DNA of 64,000 nucleotides, taken from NCBI GenBank assembly GCA_963842525.1, contig CAWJGT010000007.1, positions 82,192 to 146,191 of the forward strand, in the 5' to 3' direction. Positions 49,317-61,936 of the stretch are shown piece by piece. The position numbers and the translations under genes were made by a program. The notes beneath the pieces were generated by a model. The model saw nothing but the letters and a program-made list of their open reading frames with translations. It did not search any database and was not told where the DNA came from. The stretch is from an uncultured Holophagales bacterium (GTDB lineage Bacteria; Acidobacteriota; Thermoanaerobaculia; Multivoradales; UBA5704). Every line of letters begins with the position of its first letter. Within the stretch, counting starts at the first letter, position 1.

Positions 49317-50051
49317 ATGAGCCAGTCAGCCATTGCGGCGCTTGCGCCACCCTTCGAGCTCGTCTACAGCGACGGGGTGCCTTTGGAAACCGAATGGCAT
49401 GCCATGCAGTTCCTCTTCCTTATCGAGCTGATCCGCGATGCCATGGCGGAGCAGGGGAGGACCGACTCCTATACCTGCGGGGATATGTTCGTGTACTACT
49501 CGGTGGAGCAGGCCTGGGCGGTGAAGAAAGGCCGGCGCCACGTCCGCGGACCGGATGTCTTCTGGGTCGATGGCGTGCCGGACCACATGCGGAAGGCCTG
49601 GGTGTCCTGGGAAGAGGGCGGCCGGTTGCCGGACGTCATCATCGAGCTGTTGTCGCCGACCACGGCGGACATCGACCGCGGCGAGAAAAAGGAGCTGTAC
49701 GCAAAAGTCTTCCGGACGGCGGAGTACTACATGGTCGAACCGGAAGAGAAGACGATCGAGGGGTTCGAGCTTGGGGGCTCGGACTATCGTCCGCGTGCGG
49801 CGGATGAGCAGGGCCGGCTGTGGAGCGATCGGCTCGGGGTCTCCCTCGGCTTCTGGCATGGCAAGCGGTACCGTCACGAGGCGGACTGGGTCCGGCTGTA
49901 CCATCGGGACGGGAGCCTGGTCCTGACGGACGGCGAGAGGGAGCATCGGAGCGCCGAAGAGGCGGATCGGCGGGCCGAGGCCGAGCGTCAGCGGGCCGAG
50001 GCGGCGGAGGCCGAGCTCGCGCGTCTGCGGGGGCTGCTCGAAGGGCGCTGA
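49317..50051 (+). CDS. Uma2-family endonuclease
   Basis: SDGVPLETEWH, GPDVFWV, PDVIIELLSPTT, coiled-coil tail. Confidence 0.88.
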   Translation: MSQSAIAALAPPFELVYSDGVPLETEWHAMQFLFLIELIRDAMAEQGRTDSYTCGDMFVYYSVEQAWAVKKGRRHVRGPDVFWVDGVPDHMRKAWVSWEEGGRLPDVIIELLSPTTADIDRGEKKELYAKVFRTAEYYMVEPEEKTIEGFELGGSDYRPRAADEQGRLWSDRLGVSLGFWHGKRYRHEADWVRLYHRDGSLVLTDGEREHRSAEEADRRAEAERQRAEAAEAELARLRGLLEGR

Positions 50052-50079
50052 TCTACGACTTCCGAGAATCCTACCCCGC

Positions 50080-51333
50080 CTACATCAGCGGATCGTAGAG
50101 AGGAAAGCGCTCGCAGAGCTCCCGGATCCTGCCGTGGACGTCCTTATGGACACGCTCGTCCTCGGGGGCTCGCAATACCTCGGCGATGAAGTCGCCGACG
50201 TGGTCCATTTCGGGCTCCTTCATGCCGCGCGTGGTGAGGGCGGGCGTGCCGAGGCGGACGCCCGAGGCGACCAGCGGGGGGTTGGTGTCGTAGGGGATCG
50301 TGTTCTTGTTGACCGTGATGCCGGCCGCCTCCAGGGACTTCTCCGCCAGCTTGCCGGTGAGGCCGGCGCTCGCCACGTCAACCAGGAGGAGGTGGTTGTC
50401 CGTGCCTCCCGAGACGATCCGGAAGCCGTTGCCGGTCAGCCGCTCGGCCAGCCTCTGGGCATTGAGGACGATCTGGCGCTGGTACTCCCGGAAGCTGTCC
50501 GAGAGCGCCTCCCCCAGGGCGACCGCCTTGGCGGCGATGACGTGCACCAGCGGCCCGCCCTGGATGCCGGGGAAGATGGCGCGGTCGAGGTCCTTGGCAA
50601 ACTGCTCCTTGCACATCACCATCCCCGCCCGAGGGCCGCGCAGGGTCTTGTGCGTGGTCGTGGTGACGAAGTGGCAGTGCGGGACCGGCGACGGATGGAG
50701 GCCGGCCGCCACCAAGCCCGCGATGTGGGCGATGTCGGCCATGACCAGGGCGCCGACCTTGTCGGCGATGGCGCGGAAGCGTTCGAAGTCGATGATCCGG
50801 CTGTAGGCGCTCGCGCCGCAGATGATCAGCTTGGGCCTCTCCGCCAGGGCCTGCCGTTCGACGGCGTCGTAGTCGATCCGCTCGGTCTCGCGGTCGACCC
50901 CGTAGGCCACCACGTGGAAGTCGCGCCCCGAGTAGGAGAGGCGGTGGCCATGGGTGAGGTGGCCGCCGCAGGAGAGGTCCATGCCCATGAGCTTGTCGCC
51001 GGGCTTCAAGAAGCCGAAGTAGACCCCCATGTTGGCGGATGTGCCGCTGTGGGGCTGGATGTTGACGTGCTCGGCCCCGAAGAGCTTCTTGGCCCGCTCG
51101 ATCGCCAAGCGCTCGACTACGTCGACGAACTCGCAGCCGCCGTAGTACCGCTTGCCGGGGTAGCCCTCGGCGTACTTGTTTGTGAAGACGCTGCCGGTGG
51201 CCTCCAAGACGGCGCGGCTGACGAAGTTCTCGGACGCGATCAGCTCGAGCCCGAAGCTCTGGCGCGCGCGCTCGTCGGCGATGGCCTGGAAGACCTCGGG
51301 ATCGGCGGCCTTCAGGGAGCGATAGTCCGGCAT
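50080..51333 (-). CDS. glyA: Serine hydroxymethyltransferase
   Basis: [37 protein letters not shown]. Confidence 0.98.
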   Translation of the reverse strand: MPDYRSLKAADPEVFQAIADERARQSFGLELIASENFVSRAVLEATGSVFTNKYAEGYPGKRYYGGCEFVDVVERLAIERAKKLFGAEHVNIQPHSGTSANMGVYFGFLKPGDKLMGMDLSCGGHLTHGHRLSYSGRDFHVVAYGVDRETERIDYDAVERQALAERPKLIICGASAYSRIIDFERFRAIADKVGALVMADIAHIAGLVAAGLHPSPVPHCHFVTTTTHKTLRGPRAGMVMCKEQFAKDLDRAIFPGIQGGPLVHVIAAKAVALGEALSDSFREYQRQIVLNAQRLAERLTGNGFRIVSGGTDNHLLLVDVASAGLTGKLAEKSLEAAGITVNKNTIPYDTNPPLVASGVRLGTPALTTRGMKEPEMDHVGDFIAEVLRAPEDERVHKDVHGRIRELCERFPLYDPLM

Positions 51334-51468
51334 CTCAGGTCTCCTCGCGAGGGGACGCTCCACGAACGGGTTCTATGGCGTTAGGGGGTTGACTGGATGG
51401 CTCCCGTACGCGGGCCACGGGACACTGCCGGGCCCGCGGGGTCTCGCGGGGTCTCACGACAGGGGCGC

Positions 51469-51837
51469 TCAGGCTCCCTCGGCTCCGCCGCCACCCTCGC
51501 CCCCTTCGCCTCCCTCGGGTGCGGGCGGGGGTGCGGCGGGCGCCTTCTCGACAGGCGTCTTCTCGGCGGGCGCCTTCTTGGCCGCAGCCTTCTTGGCGGC
51601 GGGTTTCTTCTTGGGAGGAGCCTCTCCAGCCTCGGCCGCAGCGCTCTCGCCGCTGGGAGGCGCAGGGACGGCTGCCGGCGCGGCGGGAGCCTCCGCCGGG
51701 GCCGCAGGGGGCTTCTTCACGGCCCGCTTCGAGGCCGTCTGGCGCTCCGGCTTGGCGCCCTCCTCCTTGACCCTCGTCTTCAGCCGCTTCAACCGGCGTT
51801 GGCGCCGACGTCTGAGCTCGCGATCTTTCTCTCTCAT
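51469..51837 (-). CDS. Small basic protein with an Arg-rich N-terminus and Ala/Lys/Pro-rich tail
   Basis: MREKDRELRRRRQRRLKRLK; AAKKA repeats; GGAGGGG RBS. Confidence 0.65.
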   Translation of the reverse strand: MREKDRELRRRRQRRLKRLKTRVKEEGAKPERQTASKRAVKKPPAAPAEAPAAPAAVPAPPSGESAAAEAGEAPPKKKPAAKKAAAKKAPAEKTPVEKAPAAPPPAPEGGEGGEGGGGAEGA

Positions 51838-51910
51838 GTCCCCTCCGGGCTTTCAGGCGAGAGTGAGCTTGCCCCACGACCCGCCCGGTGTCAAGGAAAC
51901 GGAACTCTTT

Positions 51911-53467
<1,557 letters not shown>

Positions 53468-53494
53468 AGCGGCGCATCTTATCCCACGGGGGCC

Positions 53495-53530
53495 AGATCC
53501 AATCGCAGATCCAATCGCGGATACAATCGC
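53495..53530 (+). repeat. Three 12-bp tandem repeats in a divergent promoter; the last contains a TACAAT -10 box
   Basis: AGATCCAATCGC twice, then GGATACAATCGC; ATG at 53535. Confidence 0.6.
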
Positions 53531-53534
53531 GGCG

Positions 53535-54863
53535 ATGCCGTTCGCCGAGCTGGACACCGCCGCCGTTGCCCGCACCCTCTCCCAGATCGCCGAAGAGCCC
53601 GAGGACGTGGTGGACGCCTTCTTCGAGCGCAAGGAGGACGTCGAGCTGCCGCCCGAGGACGAGGGGCCGGGCCTGCGCATCTGGCGCGAGGAGGGCTTCG
53701 CCCTCCGCCTCGTCCGTGAAGGGAAGACCTGGCTCGCGACGCGTGACGGCATGAGCAGCCGGGCCTTTGCCGAGGCGCTCCGCCAGGTGGCGCGCGCGCT
53801 GCCGTCCGCCGCCTATCCCGAGCCCGAGCTGCGGCCTGCGCCCTTCGGGGCTGCCCCGCTCGTCCCCGAGCTGCTCGATTTTCCAGCCGCTGTGGGCCGC
53901 GCGGTGCGCGCCCATCACGTCGGCTTTTCCGTGCGCCTCTCGGTGCGGCGCCATCGCCGCGAGGTGCAGGTGGTGGGCCCGCGCCTGGTGCCCGGCCCGG
54001 AGGAGGAGACCTTCTACAGCGTGGCGGCCGAGGCCTCCTGGGGACGCTACGGCGCGCTCTTCCCGCGCCTCGACGCCGCGGCGGTCGAGAGCACGGCATC
54101 GGCCCTGGTGGCCCTCTTCCGCGCCCGGCAGTCGGCGCCGCCGGCCGCGTTCCGCGGCACCGCCGTGCTGGCGCCGCCGGTCGTCGCCGTGCTGCTGCAT
54201 GAGGCCGTGGCGCACGCGCTGGAGGCTGACGTCCTGGCCCAGGGAGGCAACCCCGAGGCGGCGGTCGGGGTCGCCATGGCGGCCGAGCAGCTCGACGTGC
54301 TGGACGACCCGGCGGCAGCCCCGGAAGGGGTGCGCCGCACCACCGACGACGAGGGGTTCCCGGTCTGCCGGCGCTGGCTGCTGCGCGGCGGCGTGGTCGA
54401 GCAGCCGCTGGCCGACTCCCTGTGGGCGCGCACCTCGCCGGTGCTCGTGCCGGGCGCCGGCCGGCGGGGGAGCCGCCATCTGCCGCCGGGTCCGCGCTCG
54501 AGCCACCTGGAGCTGCTGCCGGGCGAGGCCGACGAGGCCGATCTGCTCGCGGATGCGGACGAGGGCCTCTGGCTGGCCGAGGCAACGCGCGGCGCGCTCG
54601 ATCCGCTCAGCGGCGACTTCGTCCTCCGCCTGCCGTTCGCGCGGCGCATCCGGCGCGGCGCCCTCGCCGAGGTGGTCGGCCCGTGCGCCCTCCGCGGCCG
54701 GGTGGCGGACCTGCTCACCCGCGTCACGCACATCGGTCGGGACGCCCGGCCGGCCGGAGCCGGGTGGTGCGCCAAGGGGGGACAGAAGCTGCCGGTCTGG
54801 GCCACCGCGCCGGCGCTGCGCCTGGAAGGGGTCGAGGTGCTCCCGGACGGGGAGCCCGGATGA
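53535..54863 (+). CDS. tldD: TldD-family metalloprotease
   Basis: [29 protein letters not shown]. Confidence 0.8.
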   Translation: MPFAELDTAAVARTLSQIAEEPEDVVDAFFERKEDVELPPEDEGPGLRIWREEGFALRLVREGKTWLATRDGMSSRAFAEALRQVARALPSAAYPEPELRPAPFGAAPLVPELLDFPAAVGRAVRAHHVGFSVRLSVRRHRREVQVVGPRLVPGPEEETFYSVAAEASWGRYGALFPRLDAAAVESTASALVALFRARQSAPPAAFRGTAVLAPPVVAVLLHEAVAHALEADVLAQGGNPEAAVGVAMAAEQLDVLDDPAAAPEGVRRTTDDEGFPVCRRWLLRGGVVEQPLADSLWARTSPVLVPGAGRRGSRHLPPGPRSSHLELLPGEADEADLLADADEGLWLAEATRGALDPLSGDFVLRLPFARRIRRGALAEVVGPCALRGRVADLLTRVTHIGRDARPAGAGWCAKGGQKLPVWATAPALRLEGVEVLPDGEPG

Positions 54864-56176
54864 GCGCCGTGGCCACCGCGCCGCAGCTCCAGGAGGTCCT
54901 CCTGTCCCTCGTCCGCCGCGGGTGGCCGGACGCCGAGGTCTTCCTCAAACGAGGCCGCTCCCGGCGGGTGGAGCTGTCCGGCGCGACCGAGACGTCCGTC
55001 TTCTCCCAGGAGCAGGCCTGGGCCGTCCGCGCCGGGCACCACCGCGGCTCGTTCTTCCTGGCCGGGACCGGCGAGCCGGTGGCGGACGGCCTCTGGCCGG
55101 AGCCCATGGGCCGCGCGCTGCGGCTCCCCGAGCCGGTGGCCGTGCCGGCATGGAACGAGCCGTCCGACTTCGATGCGCCGCTGATCGGCGAGCGCGAAGG
55201 GCTGCGGCTCCTGGAAAGCCTGGGCCGCGAGCTCGCCGCCGAGCTGCCGAAGGCCCGGCTCCTGACCGCGGCCCTGGAAGACGGCTCCAGCGAATCCGAG
55301 ATCGCCAACAGCCGTGGGCTCCGCGCCCGCAGCCGGAGCCGGATCGCCACGCTCTACGTCGAGGCGGCCGGACCGGGGCGGCCGGCGGCCAGCGCCTCGC
55401 TCTACCTGGCGGCCCGGGAAGCACGGAAGCTCCATCCGCCCGCCCTGGCACGGCGCCTGGCCGACCGCCTCGCCGTGACGGCCCAAGGCGCCCCGCCGGA
55501 ACGCGACGGCGGCGAGATGCTGCTCGCGCCGCCGGTCGTGGCCAGGCTCCTCTGCGGCCTCCTCCCCCTCCTCGCCGGCCCCAGGGCGGCGACCCTGGCA
55601 GGCGGCCTGCGCGACCATCGCGGGCGGATCGGCAGCGACCTCCTGACGCTGATCGACAACGGGCGCCTCCCAGGCGGCGCCTTCGAGGCACCCATCGACG
55701 GCGAAGGGATGCCCACCCGCGAGGTGGTCCTGGTGGAGCAGGGCACCTTCCGCCAGCCGCTCCTGGCCTGGTGGCAGGCGGAAGGCGGTGCGGGGCTGCC
55801 GTCCGGCTGCAGCCGCCGCGCGGGCTGGCGCGACCTCCCTGTGCCCGGCCCCACCCATCTCTACCTGAAGCCTGATCCGAAGATCCCGGTCGTCGCGCTC
55901 CTCGGCTCGATCTCCTCCGGCTACTACCTGATCGACGCCACCGGCCCCGGCCGCTTCGACTTCGCCGAGAACAGCTTTGCCTTACCCGTCTGCGGCTTCG
56001 CCGTCCAGTCCGGCCGCGCCAGCGCCCCGGTCGCCGGAGCCTGGCTCTGCGGCCGGATCGGAGGATTCCTCCAGGGCGTGGTCGGTGTCGGCCGCGATCT
56101 CTCCTTCCATCCCCTGAACGGCATGATCGGCGCGCCGACCATCCTGGTCACCGGCTTGGAGCTGCGCGGGGGGTAG
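54860..56176 (+). CDS. pmbA: PmbA/TldE-family protein
   Basis: IANSRG, DGEGMPT, GAPTILV; no HExxH; ATGA overlap with tldD. Confidence 0.75.
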   Translation: MSAVATAPQLQEVLLSLVRRGWPDAEVFLKRGRSRRVELSGATETSVFSQEQAWAVRAGHHRGSFFLAGTGEPVADGLWPEPMGRALRLPEPVAVPAWNEPSDFDAPLIGEREGLRLLESLGRELAAELPKARLLTAALEDGSSESEIANSRGLRARSRSRIATLYVEAAGPGRPAASASLYLAAREARKLHPPALARRLADRLAVTAQGAPPERDGGEMLLAPPVVARLLCGLLPLLAGPRAATLAGGLRDHRGRIGSDLLTLIDNGRLPGGAFEAPIDGEGMPTREVVLVEQGTFRQPLLAWWQAEGGAGLPSGCSRRAGWRDLPVPGPTHLYLKPDPKIPVVALLGSISSGYYLIDATGPGRFDFAENSFALPVCGFAVQSGRASAPVAGAWLCGRIGGFLQGVVGVGRDLSFHPLNGMIGAPTILVTGLELRGG

Positions 56177-56224
56177 GGCGCTCAAGCGCGGCAGGGCTCC
56201 GTCAAAGTCAGCGGTGGCCTGGGG

Positions 56225-56380
56225 GAATCCTGGGAGCGCCGGCGTCCCGCCGGCCCGGAGCTTCGCCGGCCGCTGGGGCACCGTCAGACGCCACCGCCGC
56301 TCCAGCGGTCGGCGGCTCCGTCTCCTCCACGGCCTCGTGGAGAGCCGGCGGGACGCCGGCGCTCCCAGGGCCGCCCTCCC
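56225..56380. repeat. REP doublet family B (inverted copy of 4023-4178)
   Basis: Direct sequence comparison. Confidence 0.85.
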
Positions 56381-56453
56381 GACCGACGAGTCTCTGTCCA
56401 GCACGAGCTGATGCTGGTTTTGCGGAACGTGCGCGCATAGACTCCCGCGAGCC

Positions 56454-57603
56454 ATGCGGATCGACACCGACGCCCTGAACGCCACCCTGGCCCGCCTCGT
56501 TCAGATCAACTCGGTCAACCCGTTCTTCCGTGGTGGGACCGACGAGCAGGAGATCGCCGCCTACGTGGCCGGCGAGCTCCGCGCAGCTCGGCTTGCGGGT
56601 CGAGGCCTTCGAGCCCGAGCCGCGGCGGGTGAGCGTGGTCGGCACGCTGCCGGGGAGGGGCGGCGGACGGTCGATCATGCTCTACGGGCACATGGACACG
56701 GTCGATGCGGGCGGGATGCCCGACCCGTTCTCGGCTGAGGTCCGGGACGGCCGGATGTACGGCCGGGGCACCTATGACATGAAGGGCGGCCTCGCCGCCT
56801 GCATGGCCGCGGCGCGCGCCGTGGTGCAGGCGGGTACGCCGTTGCGCGGCGACCTCCATGTCGTCGGCGTGGCGGACGAGGAGGTGGCGAGCCTCGGCAT
56901 GATCGACGTCCTGCGGCACTGCCGGCCGGACGCCGCGGTGGTCACCGAAGCCACGGAGCTCGACATCTGCCTCGCCCACAAGGGCTTCTGCTGGATCGAG
57001 GTGGAGACGATCGGCCGCGCCGCCCATGGCAGCCGCTTCGATGAAGGGATCGACGCCAACCTGCGCATGGGCCGCTTCCTCGGCCAGCTCGAGCGGCTCG
57101 AACGGGAGCTGCGCGCCTCGCCCGGTCATCCGCTGATCGGCCCACCCTCGCTGCACGCCGGCACGCTGCACGGCGGCATCGCGCCGAGCATCTACGCTGC
57201 GAGCTGCCGGCTGGAGGTCGAGCGCCGGACTCTCCCCGGTGAGACCGAGGCATCCTGTGTCGCCGATCTGCAACAGATCGCCGACCGGCTTGCCGTCGCC
57301 GATCCCACGTTCCAGGCACGCGTCCGGCCCCTGCTCACCCGCGGCGCCTTCGAGGTGGCGCCCGAGGCCGACATCGTGCGGATCATCACCCAGGCGGCCA
57401 CGGAGGTAAGGGGTTCGCGGCCGGCCCATATCGGCCACACCTTCTGGATGGACGCCGCCCTCCTCGCCGAAGCTGGGGTCGAGACCGTGGTCCTCGGACC
57501 CTCCGGAGCCGGCGCCCATGCCGACGAGGAGTGGGTCGATCTGGCCTCGGTCGCCCAACTCGCCGAGATCCTCGCCCGCACGGCGGTCGCCTGGTGCGGT
57601 TGA
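56454..57603 (+). CDS. ArgE/DapE-family M20 deacylase (indel near 56580)
   Basis: GHMDTV, YGRGTYDMKGG, VADEE, VTEAT, GAHADEEWV. Confidence 0.88.
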
Positions 57604-57624
57604 CCAGGGTGATATAAGTCGGAC

Positions 57625-58467
57625 ATGGCCATCCTGTCGCGCGACACCAGCCGGGAGGCCGAACGGGTCGAGATCGAGCTGCTCCGGCGGATGCCGGCCC
57701 CGCGCAAGCTGGCGGTATTGCGGGAGACCTGCCGCGCCGGCCTTACCCTGGCGCGCCACGGGCTGCGCCGGCGTCATCCGGGAGCCGGAGAGGCCGAGCT
57801 GCTCCGCCGCCGGGCCGATCTGTGGCTCGGAGCCGAGATGGCCGCGTGCGTCTATGGAGGGATTGGAGAGGGACCGATGGCCGCAGGAGACGGGGGGAAT
57901 CGGGAGCTGGACCCGCTGGCGATCACCGCCCTGGTCACGCGGGCATTGGAGAGCCTGGAGATCCTCTATGCGATCGGCGGCTCGGTGGCCAGCAGCCTCC
58001 ACGGCGAGCCCCGCTTCACCCGGGATGCCGACATCCTGGCTGACTTACAGGCCCATCACGCCGTGCCTCTCGCCAGGGCGCTCGCTCTGGACTTCTATGT
58101 GGATGCCGAAGTGATCCGGGACGCTGTCCGGCGCCGCGGCAGCTTCAACTTGATCCATCTCGCCACGGCGTTCAAGGTCGACATCTTCGTGTCGAAAGAC
58201 CGTCCGTTCGACCGGATCCGGCTGGCGCGCCGGGAATTGATGGAGGAGGCTTACGTCTCGACCGCCGAGGACATCCTGCTGGCCAAGCTGGAGTGGTACC
58301 GGGAGGGTGGAGAGGTCTCCGAGCGGCAGTGGCGGGACGTGTTGTCGATCCTCATGGTCCAGGAGGACCGGCTGGAGATGGAGTACCTGCAGACCTGGGC
58401 GTCCGAGCTGGAGGTCGCGGACCTCCTGGAGCGCGCCATCGAGGAAAGTGGAACCGGCCGCGGTTGA
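57625..58467 (+). CDS. Fused small antitoxin-like domain plus nucleotidyltransferase
   Basis: DTSREAERVEIELLRRM...; GGSVASSLHGEPRFTRDADIL, AEDILLAKL, QWRDV. Confidence 0.7.
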   Translation: MAILSRDTSREAERVEIELLRRMPAPRKLAVLRETCRAGLTLARHGLRRRHPGAGEAELLRRRADLWLGAEMAACVYGGIGEGPMAAGDGGNRELDPLAITALVTRALESLEILYAIGGSVASSLHGEPRFTRDADILADLQAHHAVPLARALALDFYVDAEVIRDAVRRRGSFNLIHLATAFKVDIFVSKDRPFDRIRLARRELMEEAYVSTAEDILLAKLEWYREGGEVSERQWRDVLSILMVQEDRLEMEYLQTWASELEVADLLERAIEESGTGRG

Positions 58468-58521
58468 CCTCGCGGGCACCCGGGAGTTAACCTCCGCCGT
58501 CTTTCGGGGGGATGGGATCAA

Positions 58522-59589
<1,068 letters not shown>

Positions 59590-59707
59590 GAAGGTGTCTC
59601 GAAGGTCCTCGCCGGCGAACAGGATCGACCGGCTGGCGATCCGCGCCTCCATCTTCCTTTAGTTCCAATACTATACGCATGGACCGCAAGAAAGTCCAGA
59701 GCTTCTC

Positions 59708-59736
59708 TTGACATCCCCCGCGGCATGTTCCATCAT
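59708..59736 (+). promoter_or_regulatory. Sigma70-like promoter for the interrupted helical-protein gene
   Basis: TTGACA-17 bp-CATCAT; AGGAGG RBS at ~59782; ATG at 59796. Confidence 0.5.
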
Positions 59737-59809
59737 TTCTCCATAGTAGTTGGATAGTTGCACCAAGTCATTCGCCGTTGCAGGAGGAGAAGCAAATGTC
59801 TGAACGTAC

Positions 59810-61484
59810 CTAACCCGGCCGAGCCGGAACCAAACAAGTAGCGGAAAGAGAGAGAGGGTATGCTCTTGGGGTTGCCGAGGCAGGTGTTTCGGCATCTTTG
59901 GAGGGCACGCTGATGGTTGCGTTGACGGAACGGTATACGGACCAGATTTTGGGAGTTCTTTCCTGCTTTGACCGGGTCGTGATCACGGGGACTCTGCCTG
60001 AGATCTGCCATGCTGGAGCGATGAGTGCCTATCTTGGCTCCCAAGGCATCCGGATCTTCGACTACACCCGGTTTGCCGAGCCGCTGCGCGATGAGATCCG
60101 CAAGCACGCTGAACGCCTGGCCGCCGAGGCGGGCCTGACGATAGAGTTCATCAGGCGGAGAAACTTTCGCAAAGAGGAGCGGATCAAGGAGATTCTGGGG
60201 AAGCGCGGTGACCACCCGGGCCTGGTCCACATCTTCTCGGCTATGGAGCCTTGCTCTTCCTTCAGGCCCTGGCACGACAAGAAGACCGGCAAGACCTTCC
60301 TGAAGTCGACCGAGGCGAAGTGCCTCCACTACTACTTCTACTTCGTCTGGGAGGGTCTGGGACTCTGCTACTTGCGTGTGCCGACCTGGGCTCCTTTTCG
60401 TCTGCAGTTCTACTACAACGGCCACAACCGGTTGGCAAGCCAGTTGAAGAAAGCCGGGATCGGCTTCCAGATGGCTGATAACGCCCTTGTCGAGATCGCC
60501 GATTTTGAGCAGGCCCAAAAGCTGGCCGACGACATGCGCGTGGATGGGTTGCACGGCATCCTTGACCGAGTCGCCACATGGCTGTGCCCGGTCGGCGTCC
60601 GTTTCAAGGGCGGCTATCACTGGAGCGTGATGCAGATTGAGTACTCCACGGACATCATCTTTCGCAGCAAGGCCGACCTCGAATCTCTCTACGAGGTTTT
60701 GGTCCGTACTGCCATCCATACGGTAAAACCAGACAACGTGGCGACGTTTCTTGGCCGCAAGCTCGATGAGCGCTCGAAGGTCGAGATCGGCAATGACTTC
60801 CATACCCGGATCGAGGGGACTCGGATCAAGCACCACATGGGCCCCAATTCGATCAAGATGTACGACAAACTGGGCCGCGTTCTCCGCATCGAGACGACCA
60901 GCAACGACGTGACATCCTTTAAGCACCACCGCAGGGTGGAACACCGAGATGGCACCTGGGAGATGAAAAACGCCCCGGTCAAGAAGACCATCTATAGTCT
61001 GCCTGACCTCCAGGAGTTGATGAGAGCAGCAAACCGGCGCTATCTCGAGTTCCTTTCGGCTCTGGAAGATCCGACCGCCGGGATCAAGAATCTGGAGAAG
61101 ATCTCCAAGCGTGTCCACGATGGGCAGCGCACACAGCGCGGGTTCAACCTCTTCGACAGCACTGATCGCGCCGTCTTTGAAGTGATCGTCCGAGGTGAGC
61201 TCGACATCAGCGGTTTCCACAATCGTCACTTGCAGGCTTTCTTGCCTGGGATGAGCAGCGGACAGATCGCTCGCATCCTCAAGCGGCTCCGCACTCACGG
61301 TCTGGTCAAGAAGATCGGTCACACCTACAGGTACTACTTGACTCAGCTTGGCCAGAGGGTCGTCTGCGCGGCGCTCAAGCTCAGGCGACTGTTCCTCATT
61401 CCCGAATTGGCCCAAGAGGCCCTTGCATGAAAAGTGACGTACAATCGCTACCAGTTTGGCGAAGATCTCACTGGTAAGGGACTA
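59810..61484 (+). mobile_element. Insertion element without TIRs, bounded by CTA at both junctions
   Basis: Removing it restores ATG TCT GAA CGT ACC TAC ACA GGG AAG; hairpin CCGGC-CGA-GCCGG at the left end. Confidence 0.8.
59913..61430 (+). CDS. Putative transposase/relaxase-like protein with a C-terminal winged helix
   Basis: LSCFDRVVITGTL, IKMYDKLGRVLRIETTSND, LKRLRTHGLVKKIGHTYRYYLT; lower GC; the only gene in the element. Confidence 0.7.
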   Translation: MVALTERYTDQILGVLSCFDRVVITGTLPEICHAGAMSAYLGSQGIRIFDYTRFAEPLRDEIRKHAERLAAEAGLTIEFIRRRNFRKEERIKEILGKRGDHPGLVHIFSAMEPCSSFRPWHDKKTGKTFLKSTEAKCLHYYFYFVWEGLGLCYLRVPTWAPFRLQFYYNGHNRLASQLKKAGIGFQMADNALVEIADFEQAQKLADDMRVDGLHGILDRVATWLCPVGVRFKGGYHWSVMQIEYSTDIIFRSKADLESLYEVLVRTAIHTVKPDNVATFLGRKLDERSKVEIGNDFHTRIEGTRIKHHMGPNSIKMYDKLGRVLRIETTSNDVTSFKHHRRVEHRDGTWEMKNAPVKKTIYSLPDLQELMRAANRRYLEFLSALEDPTAGIKNLEKISKRVHDGQRTQRGFNLFDSTDRAVFEVIVRGELDISGFHNRHLQAFLPGMSSGQIARILKRLRTHGLVKKIGHTYRYYLTQLGQRVVCAALKLRRLFLIPELAQEALA

Positions 61485-61854
61485 CACAGGGAAGCTGGGC
61501 GCCCTGGCGCGATTCATCGCCGCGCTGCTCGCCAACGCTGCCAACATCCCCCGTCTGGACGGCATTCGCGTCCGGATCGAGGCGATCCTGGCCGAAGCGC
61601 AAGGAGTCGCACGGGAGCAGGCCGCCCTCGTCGCCAGCAAGCAGGAGGCGAGCAAGCGCCTCCGGGTGCTGCTCACCGAAGGCGAGAGGCTGGCGACCGC
61701 GGCAGGCAAGATCCTCCAGGAGCACTACGGCCTGCGGTCGGAGGAGCTCGCGGAATTCCACCTGCAGCCGTTCCGCGGCCGCAAAGCCAAGACACCGCCC
61801 GAGCTCCCGCCCGCCCTCGCCACTCCAGCGATCCTCGCGATCGACCCGCAGTAG
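61456..61854 (+). CDS. Alpha-helical hypothetical protein; its original first codons (MSERT) lie at 59796-59810
   Basis: YTGKLGAL..EQAALVASKQEASKRL..HYGLRSEELAEFHLQPFRGRK; Pro-rich tail. Confidence 0.7.
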   Translation: MAKISLVRDYTGKLGALARFIAALLANAANIPRLDGIRVRIEAILAEAQGVAREQAALVASKQEASKRLRVLLTEGERLATAAGKILQEHYGLRSEELAEFHLQPFRGRKAKTPPELPPALATPAILAIDPQ

Positions 61855-61936
61855 CGTCCACTCCTCCGGGGAGCGTGCCCGCCGCGCTCACCCTTGTTCC
61901 GCTCCCTTCTCCACAGGCATCCACCGCTGTTCAATG

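Noticed and set aside
51334-51468. ZTP or other riboswitch upstream of glyA
   Set aside because: I could not find the conserved ZTP elements (GACUGGCG, CGCCUGGG) on the minus strand.
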